Assembly (NCBI GenBank): GCA_029257745.1
Contig: JARIAS010000075.1
Coordinates: 4,165-68,164 of the forward strand
Direction of reading: 5' to 3'
DNA: 64,000 bases
Origin: Candidatus Cryptobacteroides sp.
Lineage (GTDB): Bacteria > Bacteroidota > Bacteroidia > Bacteroidales > UBA932
Shown here: one piece after another, positions 41,362 to 51,398 of the stretch
Position numbering within the stretch: position 1 is the stretch's first letter
Layout: each line of letters starts with the position of its first letter
Program-made: the position numbers and the translations under genes
Notes under the pieces: generated by a model
What the model saw: only the letters and a program-made list of their open reading frames with translations
The model's database searches: none
Told to the model about the DNA's origin: nothing

Positions 41362-43740
41362 TTAAAAACTAAACTTTGCTATTATTGCAATATTACGCCC
41401 TTGCTCGGGCAGATTAATCAAACGATAAAAATTTGTATGCTTATAATATTTAGTATTAAACAAGTTATTGACATTAATATTAAATTGAACATTATACTTA
41501 GATACAGCTATATCCACACCGCAGGCAAGATTAAATAAATTATATGCTTGTGTTGTTTCCTCTGGTGGAACTATATCATTCTGCTCAGCAGAAAAGATAT
41601 ATTCAAAAGACAAATAAGGATTTTTAAATTGCTCACTCGAACTGAAATTATATCTTGCCTCCAATCTTGTAGTAAAAGGAGGAGAAAATGGCAGTCCATA
41701 TCCTTTCTTATTACCAGACAATTGAATAGACTTAACATACTCACTTATGGAAGAAAGTCGCAATCTATTGAAAAAGGTCTTGCTTATATTTAACTCTGCC
41801 CCATATCTAAACACTTTTTCCTGAACATATTTAAATATCTGATTACCTGCACCATATAATACATCAAAATCAGAAGTAGGGTTGAGATAAATATAATTTG
41901 GAAAGTAATTTAAAAATGGAGAAAACTCTATTTGCCAATCCTTTTTATTAAAAGAAAAAGCAAAATCCAATTGATAAGAATGTTCTGCTGATAAATTAAT
42001 ATTACCCTGTTCATATCTAAAATAGTGATAATTAACACCATTTGCCGCAAGTTCCATAGCTAATGGAATCCTAAAACTTTTTCCCAAATTAGATTTAAAC
42101 ATAAAATCTCCTTCATTGTAAACAAAGCCCAAAGAGAAGACTATATCTTTATAATGCTTTTTAGAAGCATTTACCCTTACAAGATTTCCCTTATTAGAGT
42201 CATTTCCAGAAGCAAACCAATCCTTATATTCATTTATATCTAAATACGCATACTCTGCTCTTACGCCATAATTTAGTCTGAAAGTTTTACTAAATTGATG
42301 AGAAGCTGTAAGATATGAAGACAGATTTAACTGCTTATATTTAGGAATAATAAAATCCCAGCCAGATATAAGATTATTTTGATAATTAAACTCAGCTCCA
42401 AAATTCAACTCGTTTATACCTTTTCTCCACAGATCATTTAATTTAAAAGTCAAAAAGTCTTTATTAAACAATCTTTCTAAGTTTTTTTCTTGCTCAAATT
42501 GCTTTGGCAAATTATTTGGCATATATCCATGACTCACATACTGAGCAAACTCTTGTCTAAAATTATTTTGATAAGACATTATAAGTTTAACATTATGCTT
42601 ATCTAATCTAAAAAAACTTTCACTACTAATCTTGATATGATTAACAGACTGAGACGGATACATTATATCAAAAATAGATTTATCAAAAGACTTATTATCT
42701 ACTTTTGTTGGCTCTAAACCGTGAGCGTTAGCAAAAAAACCAGATTTACTAAAATAATTACTCACTGTCAAAATAGTGTAAAAATTGTTTCTGATATATG
42801 CCAAATCAATATGAGCATTATATTCCCTCCCCGCTGTATTCCGCAAATAGTTTTTATACAGAGGAACCTTATAACTATAAATATTAACAGCATCGGCAGG
42901 AACTCTATAATCCCCATAGCCTACAATACTTGCAGATACAGAAGAATAAAAAGATTTTCTCCTATTTTCAAGCATAAGAGACAATGAAGCATAATTGTTA
43001 TTACTCATATATGAAGTACTTATATTTGCTCTGAAAACATCTCTAACCGGTAAAGGAGAACGTTTTATATGAATAAGTCCAGCAATAGCATCGGCCCCAA
43101 AAGCCAAAGCTGAAGGTCCTTTTATTAACTCAATATTTTGAACAGAAAATTTATCTATTTCCAGTCCATGATCAGCTCCCCACTGCTGTCCTTCGTGTTT
43201 TACACCATTCTCAGCAACAATAACTCTATTGAATCCTAAACCTCTTATCAATGGCTTTGCCTGCCCTGCACCTATTTCTATACTAGAAAAGCCTGCCAAT
43301 TTTTCAAGACTTTTCATAAGGCTTGCAGCCTGATTTTCTTGAATAAAATTAGAAGTAAGTTGCTCTATGGCTAAAGAACTTTTTAAGTTACGCTGCACAT
43401 TAATATCTCCTGATACAAAGGCTGCTGATATTTCCTTATTATCTTCCTCTAAATAAAAATTTGTAAACCGATCTTTATTTATATATAATTCTAAGTCAAG
43501 GTCTTTATAGCCTAAATAACTAATTTTCAAGCTATAAGTTCCCTCAGAAAGATCAGTGAAACAAACTTCCCCTTTCTCATTACTCAAGCACATTCTTTCT
43601 CCCGGCAACAAGACAACACTTACAGCAGGCAATACTTCATTATTAGAATTACGTATCACAGCAGATAAGGTATAAGTAGCCTTAGCACTAAGAGTATATG
43701 TGCAAAAGATAAGAGAAAAGAATACAATGATCCTTTTCAT
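41362..43740 (-). CDS. TonB-dependent receptor (carboxypeptidase-regulatory-like N-domain, plug and barrel)
   Basis: Signal peptide. AVIRNSNNEVLPAVSVVLLP...GTYSLKISYLGY. Plug IEIGAGQAKPLIRGLGFNRVIVAENGVKHEGQQWGADHGLEID...IELIKGPSALAFGADAIAGLIHI. C-terminal ...RNIAIIAKFSF. Confidence 0.9.
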   Translation of the reverse strand: MKRIIVFFSLIFCTYTLSAKATYTLSAVIRNSNNEVLPAVSVVLLPGERMCLSNEKGEVCFTDLSEGTYSLKISYLGYKDLDLELYINKDRFTNFYLEEDNKEISAAFVSGDINVQRNLKSSLAIEQLTSNFIQENQAASLMKSLEKLAGFSSIEIGAGQAKPLIRGLGFNRVIVAENGVKHEGQQWGADHGLEIDKFSVQNIELIKGPSALAFGADAIAGLIHIKRSPLPVRDVFRANISTSYMSNNNYASLSLMLENRRKSFYSSVSASIVGYGDYRVPADAVNIYSYKVPLYKNYLRNTAGREYNAHIDLAYIRNNFYTILTVSNYFSKSGFFANAHGLEPTKVDNKSFDKSIFDIMYPSQSVNHIKISSESFFRLDKHNVKLIMSYQNNFRQEFAQYVSHGYMPNNLPKQFEQEKNLERLFNKDFLTFKLNDLWRKGINELNFGAEFNYQNNLISGWDFIIPKYKQLNLSSYLTASHQFSKTFRLNYGVRAEYAYLDINEYKDWFASGNDSNKGNLVRVNASKKHYKDIVFSLGFVYNEGDFMFKSNLGKSFRIPLAMELAANGVNYHYFRYEQGNINLSAEHSYQLDFAFSFNKKDWQIEFSPFLNYFPNYIYLNPTSDFDVLYGAGNQIFKYVQEKVFRYGAELNISKTFFNRLRLSSISEYVKSIQLSGNKKGYGLPFSPPFTTRLEARYNFSSSEQFKNPYLSFEYIFSAEQNDIVPPEETTQAYNLFNLACGVDIAVSKYNVQFNINVNNLFNTKYYKHTNFYRLINLPEQGRNIAIIAKFSF

Positions 43741-43799
43741 ATTTGTAATGCTTATTTATCGTATAAAGAAACTATACGAAATTAAATTTAACTTATTAT

Positions 43800-44159
43800 T
43801 TACAAACAATAAGTTACAGGAGGAGCCCTATCTTTAGCTCTAGAAATAAAAGAGTATACAGTTATTGAAACCAGCAATGAAGAGATTACAACGATATGCT
43901 GAAACTGTATAGAAAGTATATCTGTTTTTAAAAAGAAGTTCTGTATATACTTTGTTATTTGACAGGCAATACAAAAATCACTGTCATCACTAAGATCTTT
44001 TGATAGACTTATAACAGAACTTTCAGTATTTACAGAAAGACCAACAGCAGAAGCATGATTATGTAGCATTCCATAAAAAGGGAATACGACAACAGACATA
44101 GCTAAACAAAGTATAATAGCTATGAAATGTGAATACCTCTTGTTGATTTTTCTAAACAT
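43800..44159 (-). CDS. Small membrane protein of unknown function, first gene of the TonB-receptor operon
   Basis: 119 aa. N-terminal TM helix HFIAIILCLAMSVVVFPFYGML, HNHAS, CIAC pair, second TM helix near the C-terminus. Confidence 0.35.
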   Translation of the reverse strand: MFRKINKRYSHFIAIILCLAMSVVVFPFYGMLHNHASAVGLSVNTESSVISLSKDLSDDSDFCIACQITKYIQNFFLKTDILSIQFQHIVVISSLLVSITVYSFISRAKDRAPPVTYCL

Positions 44160-44166
44160 ATCTTAA

Positions 44167-44174
44167 CAAAGATA
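44167..44174 (-). promoter_or_regulatory. -7 motif TAnnTTTG (minus strand) for the TonB-receptor operon
   Basis: Minus strand reads TATCTTTG, only 7 nt before the ATG at 44159. This implies a very short or absent leader, or a downstream start. Confidence 0.4.
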
Positions 44175-44259
44175 GCAAAAGATTTATTACCTCCAAATCA
44201 ATTAACACAAATACAGCATCTTTTCATCAGATAATAATGGTACAAAGAACAAATACTAT

Positions 44260-45729
44260 CTAAGAATTGGACGATTTCTTAGGAAGCAACATACTCCTAC
44301 CATCATTCTTATCAAGATATTTAAATACCACAGAAGACAAGATAGTCAGTATAGCCAAAAATATAAATGTATAAATAAAAGACTTATGAATATCTGCACC
44401 CGTAAGACTCTCTGCACCCTGCATCCACTTTAATACAGATAGTCCTATTGCAGTGCCGAAGCCCATAGAAAGTTGCTGATTCATTGTCAAGAGAGAATTT
44501 CCACTACTCTTCTGATTATCATCTAGATCTGAAACAGAGATTGAGTTCATAGCTGTAAATTGTACAGAATTAAAACAGCCTAACATAAAGATAGCGGGGA
44601 CAAGATATAATACAGACATAGTCTTTGTAGAAAATGATATGGCCAAAATCAATAAGCCCAAACAAACTGTATTTATAATTAAAGTCTTTTTATAGCCAAA
44701 AAAGCTTATTACTCTAAGCACAAAAGGTTTGGTAATCATCAAGGCTATTGCCATAGGAGCAATTAACCAACCAGAAGTAGATGCAGATTTACCATATGCA
44801 AGCTGTATAAAAAGAGGTATCATAATAGGTATTGCACTTAGACCTAAACGAGTCACAAGATTGCCTATAATACCTATTCTAAATGTACGCACACTGAAAA
44901 GACTCAATGGAAACAAAGCTTCCTCCTTTTTTGCCTTAGCATGTATATAATAGACATAGAGCATAAATATACCTATCAACATTAAAACTACTACATAGAG
45001 ATAATTACTTGAATGATCTGCAAACTCAAGACCTATGGACAACAATATAGACGCTGTACTAAATATGCCAAAACCCCAAAGATCTAATTTTGGATTATCT
45101 TCCTTATAATCAGGCATATATTTAAGACTAAACAGTATACCAATTATAGCCAAAGGTATATTTATCAAGAAAATCCAGTGCCAAGCCAAGAACTCTACAA
45201 TATAACCTCCGATTAATGGGCCTAAGAGTGGTCCTAAAAGTGCAGGTATAATTGCATAATTCATAGCTGATACCAATTCATTCTTTGGATACAACTTAAT
45301 CATAGCGAGCCTACCGACAGGTGTCATCAAAGCCCCTCCTGCTCCCTGTATTATCCTAGCTATATCAAGCTCTATAAGATTTGTAGATAGGGAACACAAC
45401 AATGAACCCATACCAAATATTGCTATTGACAATATAAAAGTTATCCTTGTACCATATTTATCTGCCAGATAACCACTTATAGGAATAAATAAAGCTAATG
45501 TAAGAACATATGTAACAATTGCAGATTGCATATTTAAGGTAGATTCATTTATATCCTTTGCAATAGCGGGAAGCGTGGTATTTAATATTGTAGCATCTAG
45601 CATTTCCATAAATATTGCCGTGGCGAGAAGAAAGGGCATATATTTTTTTGTGAGGGACAAATCTTCTTGTCTTTTAATAGAAATCTTTGAATACAATAAA
45701 AGCTTCAATGCTCTACTTAACTTTTTCAT
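44260..45729 (-). CDS. MFS transporter, DHA2 (14-TM, EmrB/QacA-like) drug:H+ antiporter family
   Basis: 489 aa. LDATILNTTLPAIA, LADKYGTR (motif A-like), about 14 hydrophobic segments. Confidence 0.8.
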   Translation of the reverse strand: MKKLSRALKLLLYSKISIKRQEDLSLTKKYMPFLLATAIFMEMLDATILNTTLPAIAKDINESTLNMQSAIVTYVLTLALFIPISGYLADKYGTRITFILSIAIFGMGSLLCSLSTNLIELDIARIIQGAGGALMTPVGRLAMIKLYPKNELVSAMNYAIIPALLGPLLGPLIGGYIVEFLAWHWIFLINIPLAIIGILFSLKYMPDYKEDNPKLDLWGFGIFSTASILLSIGLEFADHSSNYLYVVVLMLIGIFMLYVYYIHAKAKKEEALFPLSLFSVRTFRIGIIGNLVTRLGLSAIPIMIPLFIQLAYGKSASTSGWLIAPMAIALMITKPFVLRVISFFGYKKTLIINTVCLGLLILAISFSTKTMSVLYLVPAIFMLGCFNSVQFTAMNSISVSDLDDNQKSSGNSLLTMNQQLSMGFGTAIGLSVLKWMQGAESLTGADIHKSFIYTFIFLAILTILSSVVFKYLDKNDGRSMLLPKKSSNS

Positions 45730-45866
45730 ATACCAAACTTTTCAAAATATTTTCTTTTATAGACAAAGCTATAATAAACACTACTAAATAGGTATTTCTT
45801 CTATACCCAAAAACTAACTAAACTTCAAAATTAAAAATATAATTTTGACTATAAAAATTTTTGTCT

Positions 45867-45874
45867 TATATTTG
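45867..45874 (+). promoter_or_regulatory. -7 motif TAnnTTTG (with TTTG at 45844-45847) upstream of SRP RNA
   Basis: TATATTTG ends 5 nt before the proposed RNA 5' end. Confidence 0.55.
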
Positions 45875-45878
45875 CAAC

Positions 45879-45974
45879 GGGAAAGTCGTATACGACCAGC
45901 TCCCACTGAATTCCCCCAGGATCGGAAGGTAGCAAGGGTAGGTGGTGATGCGGTGCGATATACTAAGCTTTCCC
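45879..45974 (+). ncRNA. ffs: Signal recognition particle RNA, small (4.5S-type)
   Basis: Terminal helix GGGAAAG...CTTTCCC. Apical CCAGGATCGGAAGGTAGCAAGGGTAGG resembles the E. coli 4.5S CCAGGUCAGGUCCGGAAGGAAGCAGCCAAGGCAG (GGAA tetraloop, AGCA motif). Followed by a T-run. Confidence 0.85.
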
Positions 45975-46270
45975 TTTTTTTATTTAAACTCTCTAGTTTT
46001 TCAACCACCTATAACCTACATATCCGTTTTCTATAATACATTCAGACATTGTAGCACCTATTATCCTACTTTAGAGCTTCTTCTATCCTAGAAACATCTT
46101 CTTCCATTGAACATTTAAACTTTATACGATATCTTCAAGTTGAGCCTATTTTCTTGCCCAGTAAGAACTATAACATCTTTCCCTTTATTATATATCCAAG
46201 AATAAGCCAACTAGCAACTTATACAAAAATCGTGACAATATGTAGTTTATTTTAATAAAAGAATAGTATA

Positions 46271-47668
46271 CTATACGACAGCTGAGGCTATAAGTTCCTG
46301 ACCATCATATATTACTGCAAATTGTCCAGCAGTTATCCCTCTCTGTGCCTGTTGAAATAAAATAAATAAATAATTCTCCCTCATTATTAGCACAGCATCC
46401 TGCAAAGGCTGCCTATATCGTAAACGCAATTTATAATGCCTTATTTCTCCACTTTGCATAGCCAAATCTTCCCTGACATAATGCAGCTCATCTGCACGCA
46501 ATGCTATGCAAAATTGAGATAAGCCCTGATGCCTATGTCCCTCACCTACATATATAATATTCTTTTCTATATCTGTAGATATAACAAAAAGAGAATCCTT
46601 ATGACCACCGACATTCAAGCCTTTTCTTTGTCCTATTGTATAAAAATGAGCACCATTATGTTGAGCAATAATCTTTGCATAAGGATGTTCTTTATACCTT
46701 ATTTTCTTTATTCTTTTTCTGCCTGAGCGATATGTTTCAGTTTCAAAATTAAAATCGTATTTTAAAGGTCTAGATAAAAACAAGAAGTCTTCATCAGAGC
46801 ACAAACGCAATTTTTCATCATCGAAGACCTCAACTAAATCTATATTCGCAGACTTATCTTCAGATATATAAGAAGTTGTAAGCTCAGGTACAGTTGCATC
46901 TTTAGTCAAAGACTGCAATATCTCAACTTTTTTGGCATACACCTTATCATCTTTATAATAAGATGAAAATACTTCTACAATATCACCTTGCTTTTCCCTC
47001 AATTTCTGCTTTAAGAATGTAGGCAGATCCACCTTTCCCACAAAACATATACCTTGAGAGTCTTTTTTATCTGCCGAAGGCAATTCTGCCTCCCTTGCCA
47101 ATCTTCGAACTTCAGACTTATCTATATCTCCAATGGGGAACAAAGCACTTGCAAGTTGCTCTTGATTTAACTGACATAAAAAATATGATTGATCCTTATT
47201 TTTGTCCTCTCCTGCCAAGAGTCTATATATCTCTTTACCATGACTATCCAATACGGCTTTTCCAGACGCATCTCTAACAATATCTTTTCTGCAATAATGA
47301 CCAGTAGCAACCATTTCTGCCCCCAATTTTTTAGCCTCCTCCCAAAATGCTGCAAACTTAATTTCCCTATTGCACAGAACATCAGGATTGGGTGTTCTCC
47401 CCCTTTCATATTCATCAAACATATAGTCTACAACTTTCTGCCTATATGTCTTACTTAAGTCAACAAAATAAAAAGGTATACCTATCCTCCTTGCAACCAT
47501 TTCAGCTACAAACCTATCTTCTTCCCACTCACATTCGCCATGCAAAGTACTTTCTGCATCATGCCAATTTTGCATAAACATTGCAAAAACATCATATCCC
47601 TGCTGTTTTAAAAGTAAAGCAGCAACACTGGAATCCACTCCTCCAGATAGTCCAATACATACCTTCAT
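46271..47668 (-). CDS. mnmA: tRNA 2-thiouridine(34) synthase MnmA, with a ~100-aa insertion
   Basis: PP-loop CIGLSGGVDSSVAA, TPNPDVLCNREIKF, KDQSYFL, DSQGICFVG, YTIGQRKGL. ATG at 47668 (MKVCIG) preferred over the TTG at 47686. Confidence 0.9.
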   Translation of the reverse strand: MKVCIGLSGGVDSSVAALLLKQQGYDVFAMFMQNWHDAESTLHGECEWEEDRFVAEMVARRIGIPFYFVDLSKTYRQKVVDYMFDEYERGRTPNPDVLCNREIKFAAFWEEAKKLGAEMVATGHYCRKDIVRDASGKAVLDSHGKEIYRLLAGEDKNKDQSYFLCQLNQEQLASALFPIGDIDKSEVRRLAREAELPSADKKDSQGICFVGKVDLPTFLKQKLREKQGDIVEVFSSYYKDDKVYAKKVEILQSLTKDATVPELTTSYISEDKSANIDLVEVFDDEKLRLCSDEDFLFLSRPLKYDFNFETETYRSGRKRIKKIRYKEHPYAKIIAQHNGAHFYTIGQRKGLNVGGHKDSLFVISTDIEKNIIYVGEGHRHQGLSQFCIALRADELHYVREDLAMQSGEIRHYKLRLRYRQPLQDAVLIMRENYLFILFQQAQRGITAGQFAVIYDGQELIASAVV

Positions 47669-47733
47669 ACAAAAAAATTTGTACAAATGTAAGGATTTTT
47701 GTTTTATCGTTATAACTAATTAAGTAAAATTAT

Positions 47734-47741
47734 TATCTTTG
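47734..47741 (+). promoter_or_regulatory. -7 motif TAnnTTTG upstream of cdd
   Basis: TATCTTTG, 26 nt before the ATG at 47768. Confidence 0.5.
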
Positions 47742-47767
47742 GAGAACACTAAAAACTAACTATATTA

Positions 47768-48250
47768 ATGGAAATAAAGTCAATTCATATTGCTTATCAA
47801 GAATTTAATTCCATAGAAGAATTAAATCAAACAGAACAAAAACTTGCATACAAAGCTATTGAAGCACAACAAAACTCCTATGCACCTTATTCTAACTTCA
47901 ATGTAGGAGCAGCAGTCTTAATGAAAGATGGACAGATTATATGTGGTTCTAATCAAGAGAACGCAGCATACCCATCTGGTTTATGTGCAGAAAGAACAGC
48001 TCTATTCGCAGCTGGCAGTTTAGATAAAAACAGCTCTATTGAAGCGATTGCTCTTGTAGGTGGGGAAAACCTCTCTATTTGTGAAGAACCTATAAGTCCC
48101 TGTGGTGCTTGCCGACAGGTAATGGCAGAATATGAAATGAGAAGTAATAAACCTCTTATAATCTTACTAATAGGCAAGAATAAAATAAAAAGATTTGAAA
48201 AAGTACAAGACCTATTACCGCTAATATTTAATAGTCTAAAGATTAATTAG
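47768..48250 (+). CDS. cdd: Cytidine deaminase
   Basis: Zinc ligand motifs CAERTALF and PCGACRQ. 160 aa. Confidence 0.9.
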   Translation: MEIKSIHIAYQEFNSIEELNQTEQKLAYKAIEAQQNSYAPYSNFNVGAAVLMKDGQIICGSNQENAAYPSGLCAERTALFAAGSLDKNSSIEAIALVGGENLSICEEPISPCGACRQVMAEYEMRSNKPLIILLIGKNKIKRFEKVQDLLPLIFNSLKIN

Positions 48251-48362
48251 GCTTTTTTCATCTACAAGTAAATATAAATAATGAATTGAAGCATTGCATA
48301 TATAACTTCTAGTAATTAGTTATATTACAATATTTACAAAATATTAAACTCTTAGCACTAAC

Positions 48363-50006
48363 TTATATAGCATTAATATATTCACTTAATGCTAAGGCAC
48401 AATTTATACCATCTATTGCAGAAGAGACTATACCACCAGCATATCCAGCCCCCTCTCCACAAGGATAAATACCTTCAAGATCAGGTGCTTGATAATTATC
48501 TAACCTATTTATACGCACAGCAGAAGAAGTGCGTGACTCAACTGCCAATAGTAAGGCATCGTTAGTATAATAGCCCCTCATTCCTTGTTTATCTACAAGA
48601 GGAAAGACTTTCTGTAAACGCTGCACAACAAAATCTGGTAACAAATCATGCAAAGGTGCCGATACTACTCCTGCTTGATAAGAAGTTTCAGGAAGCTCTT
48701 TAGAAAGTCTTGATTTACAAAAATCTATCATTCTCTGTGCAGGGGCAGCAAAAGGATTAGAAAGTCCTGCTTTAGCAGTATAATCAAAAATCTTTTTTTC
48801 TACATCTTCTTGAAAACGAAGTAGGGATAAAGCACCATATTTTAGATATTCCTTAGGCACATCTTCAGGATTGATTTGAACAACCACTCCAGCATTAGCC
48901 CATTTTGATGAACGAGAAGAATTGGACATACCATTGCTGACTATTTTATCCTTAGAAGTAGTAGACGGCACTAAAATACCACCAGGACACATACAAAAAG
49001 AAAAGACTCCCCTTTTAACATGTTTTTTATCCTCAAGCTGTTTTACGAAACTATATTCAGCAGCAGCCATACCATTATGCCACATTCCGCGATAACGTAT
49101 ATCATTTATAAGACTCTGAGGATGCTCCACCCTAAGACCTAAGGCAAAACCTTTGGGACTCAAAGCCCAAGCATTCTTATTAAACAATTCGTATATTTCT
49201 GTTGCTGAATGACCACAAGCCAATATAACAGCTTTTGCATCAAAGACTCTCTCCTCTCCCCTTTGCATAGTTATAAGCTTATAATATTTAGCCTCTTTTC
49301 TAATATCTATCAACTTTGTTTCAAAATGATACTCACCTCCCTTTGACAATATTAATTGCCTAATATTAAACATAATACGAGGCAATCTATTAGAACCAAT
49401 ATGTGGATGTGCATCAATAAGAATATTTGCATCTGCACCAAAATCTACCAGTTGATATAAAACCTCCCTAATATCTCCTCTTTTTGAAGAACGTGTATAT
49501 AATTTTCCATCCGAGAAAGTACCTGCACCTCCTTCTCCAAAACAGTAATTACTTTCTTCATTTAAAATACCATCTCTTGTCAAAGCAGCTATATCGCTAG
49601 AACGTTGCTTAACTTCCTTACCTCTCTCTATGATAATTGGTTTTATACCCTGCATTAATAATCTTAATGCAGCAAAAATACCTGCAGGCCCTGCTCCTAT
49701 AACATAGGCTTCTTTTGCATTATGAACGTCTTTATAATCCGGAAGCTTGTAGAGTCCAGAACTATCTCCTGCCATATAAGCCTCTATTTGATAACGATAT
49801 ACAAGCTTAGAACGTGCATCTAAAGACTTCTGTCTAACAAAACAATTAAGATCTGCATCATTTTCCACAAGTTCCTCATTATTTTTTGGATAAATCACAT
49901 TAACCTTTGATAACTTTGGTAAAGAGAATAAGCTAATAGCCTTTCTTTTAACCATATCAATATCCAATTTTTCATTAATTGCCTGTACGACTTCAAATTT
50001 TTTCAT
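48363..50006 (-). CDS. FAD-dependent oxidoreductase of unknown specificity (COG2509-like)
   Basis: Dinucleotide-binding VIGAGPAGIFAALRL. 547 aa. C-terminal YPCGEGAGYAGGIVSSAIDG. Confidence 0.7.
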   Translation of the reverse strand: MKKFEVVQAINEKLDIDMVKRKAISLFSLPKLSKVNVIYPKNNEELVENDADLNCFVRQKSLDARSKLVYRYQIEAYMAGDSSGLYKLPDYKDVHNAKEAYVIGAGPAGIFAALRLLMQGIKPIIIERGKEVKQRSSDIAALTRDGILNEESNYCFGEGGAGTFSDGKLYTRSSKRGDIREVLYQLVDFGADANILIDAHPHIGSNRLPRIMFNIRQLILSKGGEYHFETKLIDIRKEAKYYKLITMQRGEERVFDAKAVILACGHSATEIYELFNKNAWALSPKGFALGLRVEHPQSLINDIRYRGMWHNGMAAAEYSFVKQLEDKKHVKRGVFSFCMCPGGILVPSTTSKDKIVSNGMSNSSRSSKWANAGVVVQINPEDVPKEYLKYGALSLLRFQEDVEKKIFDYTAKAGLSNPFAAPAQRMIDFCKSRLSKELPETSYQAGVVSAPLHDLLPDFVVQRLQKVFPLVDKQGMRGYYTNDALLLAVESRTSSAVRINRLDNYQAPDLEGIYPCGEGAGYAGGIVSSAIDGINCALALSEYINAI

Positions 50007-50045
50007 TTATTAATCAGTATATTTCTAACTTTAATCTATTTCTTT

Positions 50046-50053
50046 TAACTTTG
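50046..50053 (+). promoter_or_regulatory. -7 motif TAnnTTTG upstream of tyrS
   Basis: TAACTTTG, about 50 nt before the ATG at 50105. Confidence 0.5.
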
Positions 50054-50104
50054 TAAAGTTATATAATTCTAGCGAATTATAAGTTTTTTAGAAAGCAATA
50101 TACG

Positions 50105-51397
50105 ATGAAAAATTTTGTTGAAGAACTAAGATGGAGAGGTATGATACAGGATATCATGCCAGGTACAGAAGAAAAATTAATGGAAGCACCCACTGCTGCA
50201 TATGTAGGAATTGACCCTACTGCAGACTCCCTACATATTGGACACCTTGTAAGTGTAATGATATTAAAGCACTTCCAAGAATGCGGACATAAACCTTATG
50301 CACTTATAGGTGGTGCAACAGGTATGATAGGCGATCCATCTATGAAATCATCTGAAAGGAACCTACTTGATGAACAAACACTTAACAATAATATAGCAGG
50401 AATTAAAGCACAACTTTCTAAGTTTCTCGACTTCGATTCTAATATAAGTAATAAGGCAGAACTAGTCAATAATTATGAATGGATGAAAGAATATTCATTC
50501 TTAAACTTTATCAGAGACATAGGTAAACATATTACTGTCAATTATATGATGGCAAAAGACTCTGTAAAAATGCGTCTTTCCAGAGATTCGTCAGAAGGCA
50601 TGTCTTTTACAGAATTCAGCTATCAGCTCTTGCAAGGTTATGATTTTCTGTGGTTGTATCAAAACAAATCATGCCTACTACAAATGGGAGGTAGTGACCA
50701 ATGGGGTAACATCACAACAGGAACAGAGCTTATACGTAGAAAACTAGGCGGAGAAGCTTATGCTCTTACTTGTCCTCTTATTCGTAAGGCAGATGGTTCA
50801 AAATTTGGTAAAACAGAGAAAGGAAATATCTGGCTTGATCCTGAAAAAACATCTCCATACGAATTTTTGCAATTTTGGCTTAATGTCAGTGATGAAGATG
50901 CCCAAAGATATATAAAGATATTTACAATGTTGGACAAGAATACCATAGACTCTGCTATTGAGAAACATATGGAAGATCCATCACAAAGGCAATTACAAAA
51001 ATTACTTGCTAAGGAAATAACTATAATGGTCCATGGCAAGGAAGAATATGAAAATGCTCTGCTTGCGTCTAAGATGCTTTTTGGCAATTCCACTTCTGAA
51101 GAGCTACGCAAACTAGATGAAAAGACATTTTTATCAGTATTTTCAGGAGTACCAAGCTTTGAGATTAAAAAGTCAGACCTTCCTTGCAATATCATAGAAG
51201 CTCTTGCTATTAAGACTAATATTTTCCCATCAAAGGCAGAAGCAAGAAAGATGATACAAGGCAATGGACTAAGCATCAATAAAGATAAGGTAACAGATAT
51301 TGAATACAGTCTTACAGAAAAAGATATTATTGATGACAAATATATTCTAGCTCAAAGAGGGAAAAAGAATTATTTTATTATTAAGGTAGAGGCATAA
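50105..51397 (+). CDS. tyrS: Tyrosine--tRNA ligase
   Basis: [15 protein letters not shown] (HIGH), KFGKT (KMSKS-type), C-terminal S4 domain. Confidence 0.93.
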   Translation: MKNFVEELRWRGMIQDIMPGTEEKLMEAPTAAYVGIDPTADSLHIGHLVSVMILKHFQECGHKPYALIGGATGMIGDPSMKSSERNLLDEQTLNNNIAGIKAQLSKFLDFDSNISNKAELVNNYEWMKEYSFLNFIRDIGKHITVNYMMAKDSVKMRLSRDSSEGMSFTEFSYQLLQGYDFLWLYQNKSCLLQMGGSDQWGNITTGTELIRRKLGGEAYALTCPLIRKADGSKFGKTEKGNIWLDPEKTSPYEFLQFWLNVSDEDAQRYIKIFTMLDKNTIDSAIEKHMEDPSQRQLQKLLAKEITIMVHGKEEYENALLASKMLFGNSTSEELRKLDEKTFLSVFSGVPSFEIKKSDLPCNIIEALAIKTNIFPSKAEARKMIQGNGLSINKDKVTDIEYSLTEKDIIDDKYILAQRGKKNYFIIKVEA

Positions 51398-51398
51398 T

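Noticed and set aside
44230-44240. Fur/Zur-box-like GATAATAATGG upstream of the TonB-receptor operon
   Set aside because: It is only a partial match to the enterobacterial Fur consensus, in very AT-rich DNA where such strings arise by chance. No lineage-specific model was available to me.
45814-46036. Two overlapping ~63-aa ORFs on opposite strands (45814-46008 minus, 45845-46036 plus)
   Set aside because: The region folds as, and carries the conserved apical motif of, SRP (4.5S) RNA at 45879-45974. It has its own -7 promoter box and a T-run. Coding is not needed to explain it.
46009-46270. 262-nt gap between SRP RNA and mnmA, checked for a gene remnant or a structured RNA
   Set aside because: All frames are stop-rich. 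Only trivial peptides appear (for example MEEDVSRIEEALK then a stop), and I could see no convincing stem-loops or conserved motifs.
50758-51339. 193-aa ORF antisense to tyrS. Similar long antisense ORFs occur at 37498-37839, 9344-9634, 36438-36755 and 57651-57965.
   Set aside because: Each lies fully inside a confidently identified gene on the other strand. The sequences are low-complexity and Ser/Leu/Ile-rich, with no recognisable motifs. These are typical shadow ORFs of AT-rich coding DNA.
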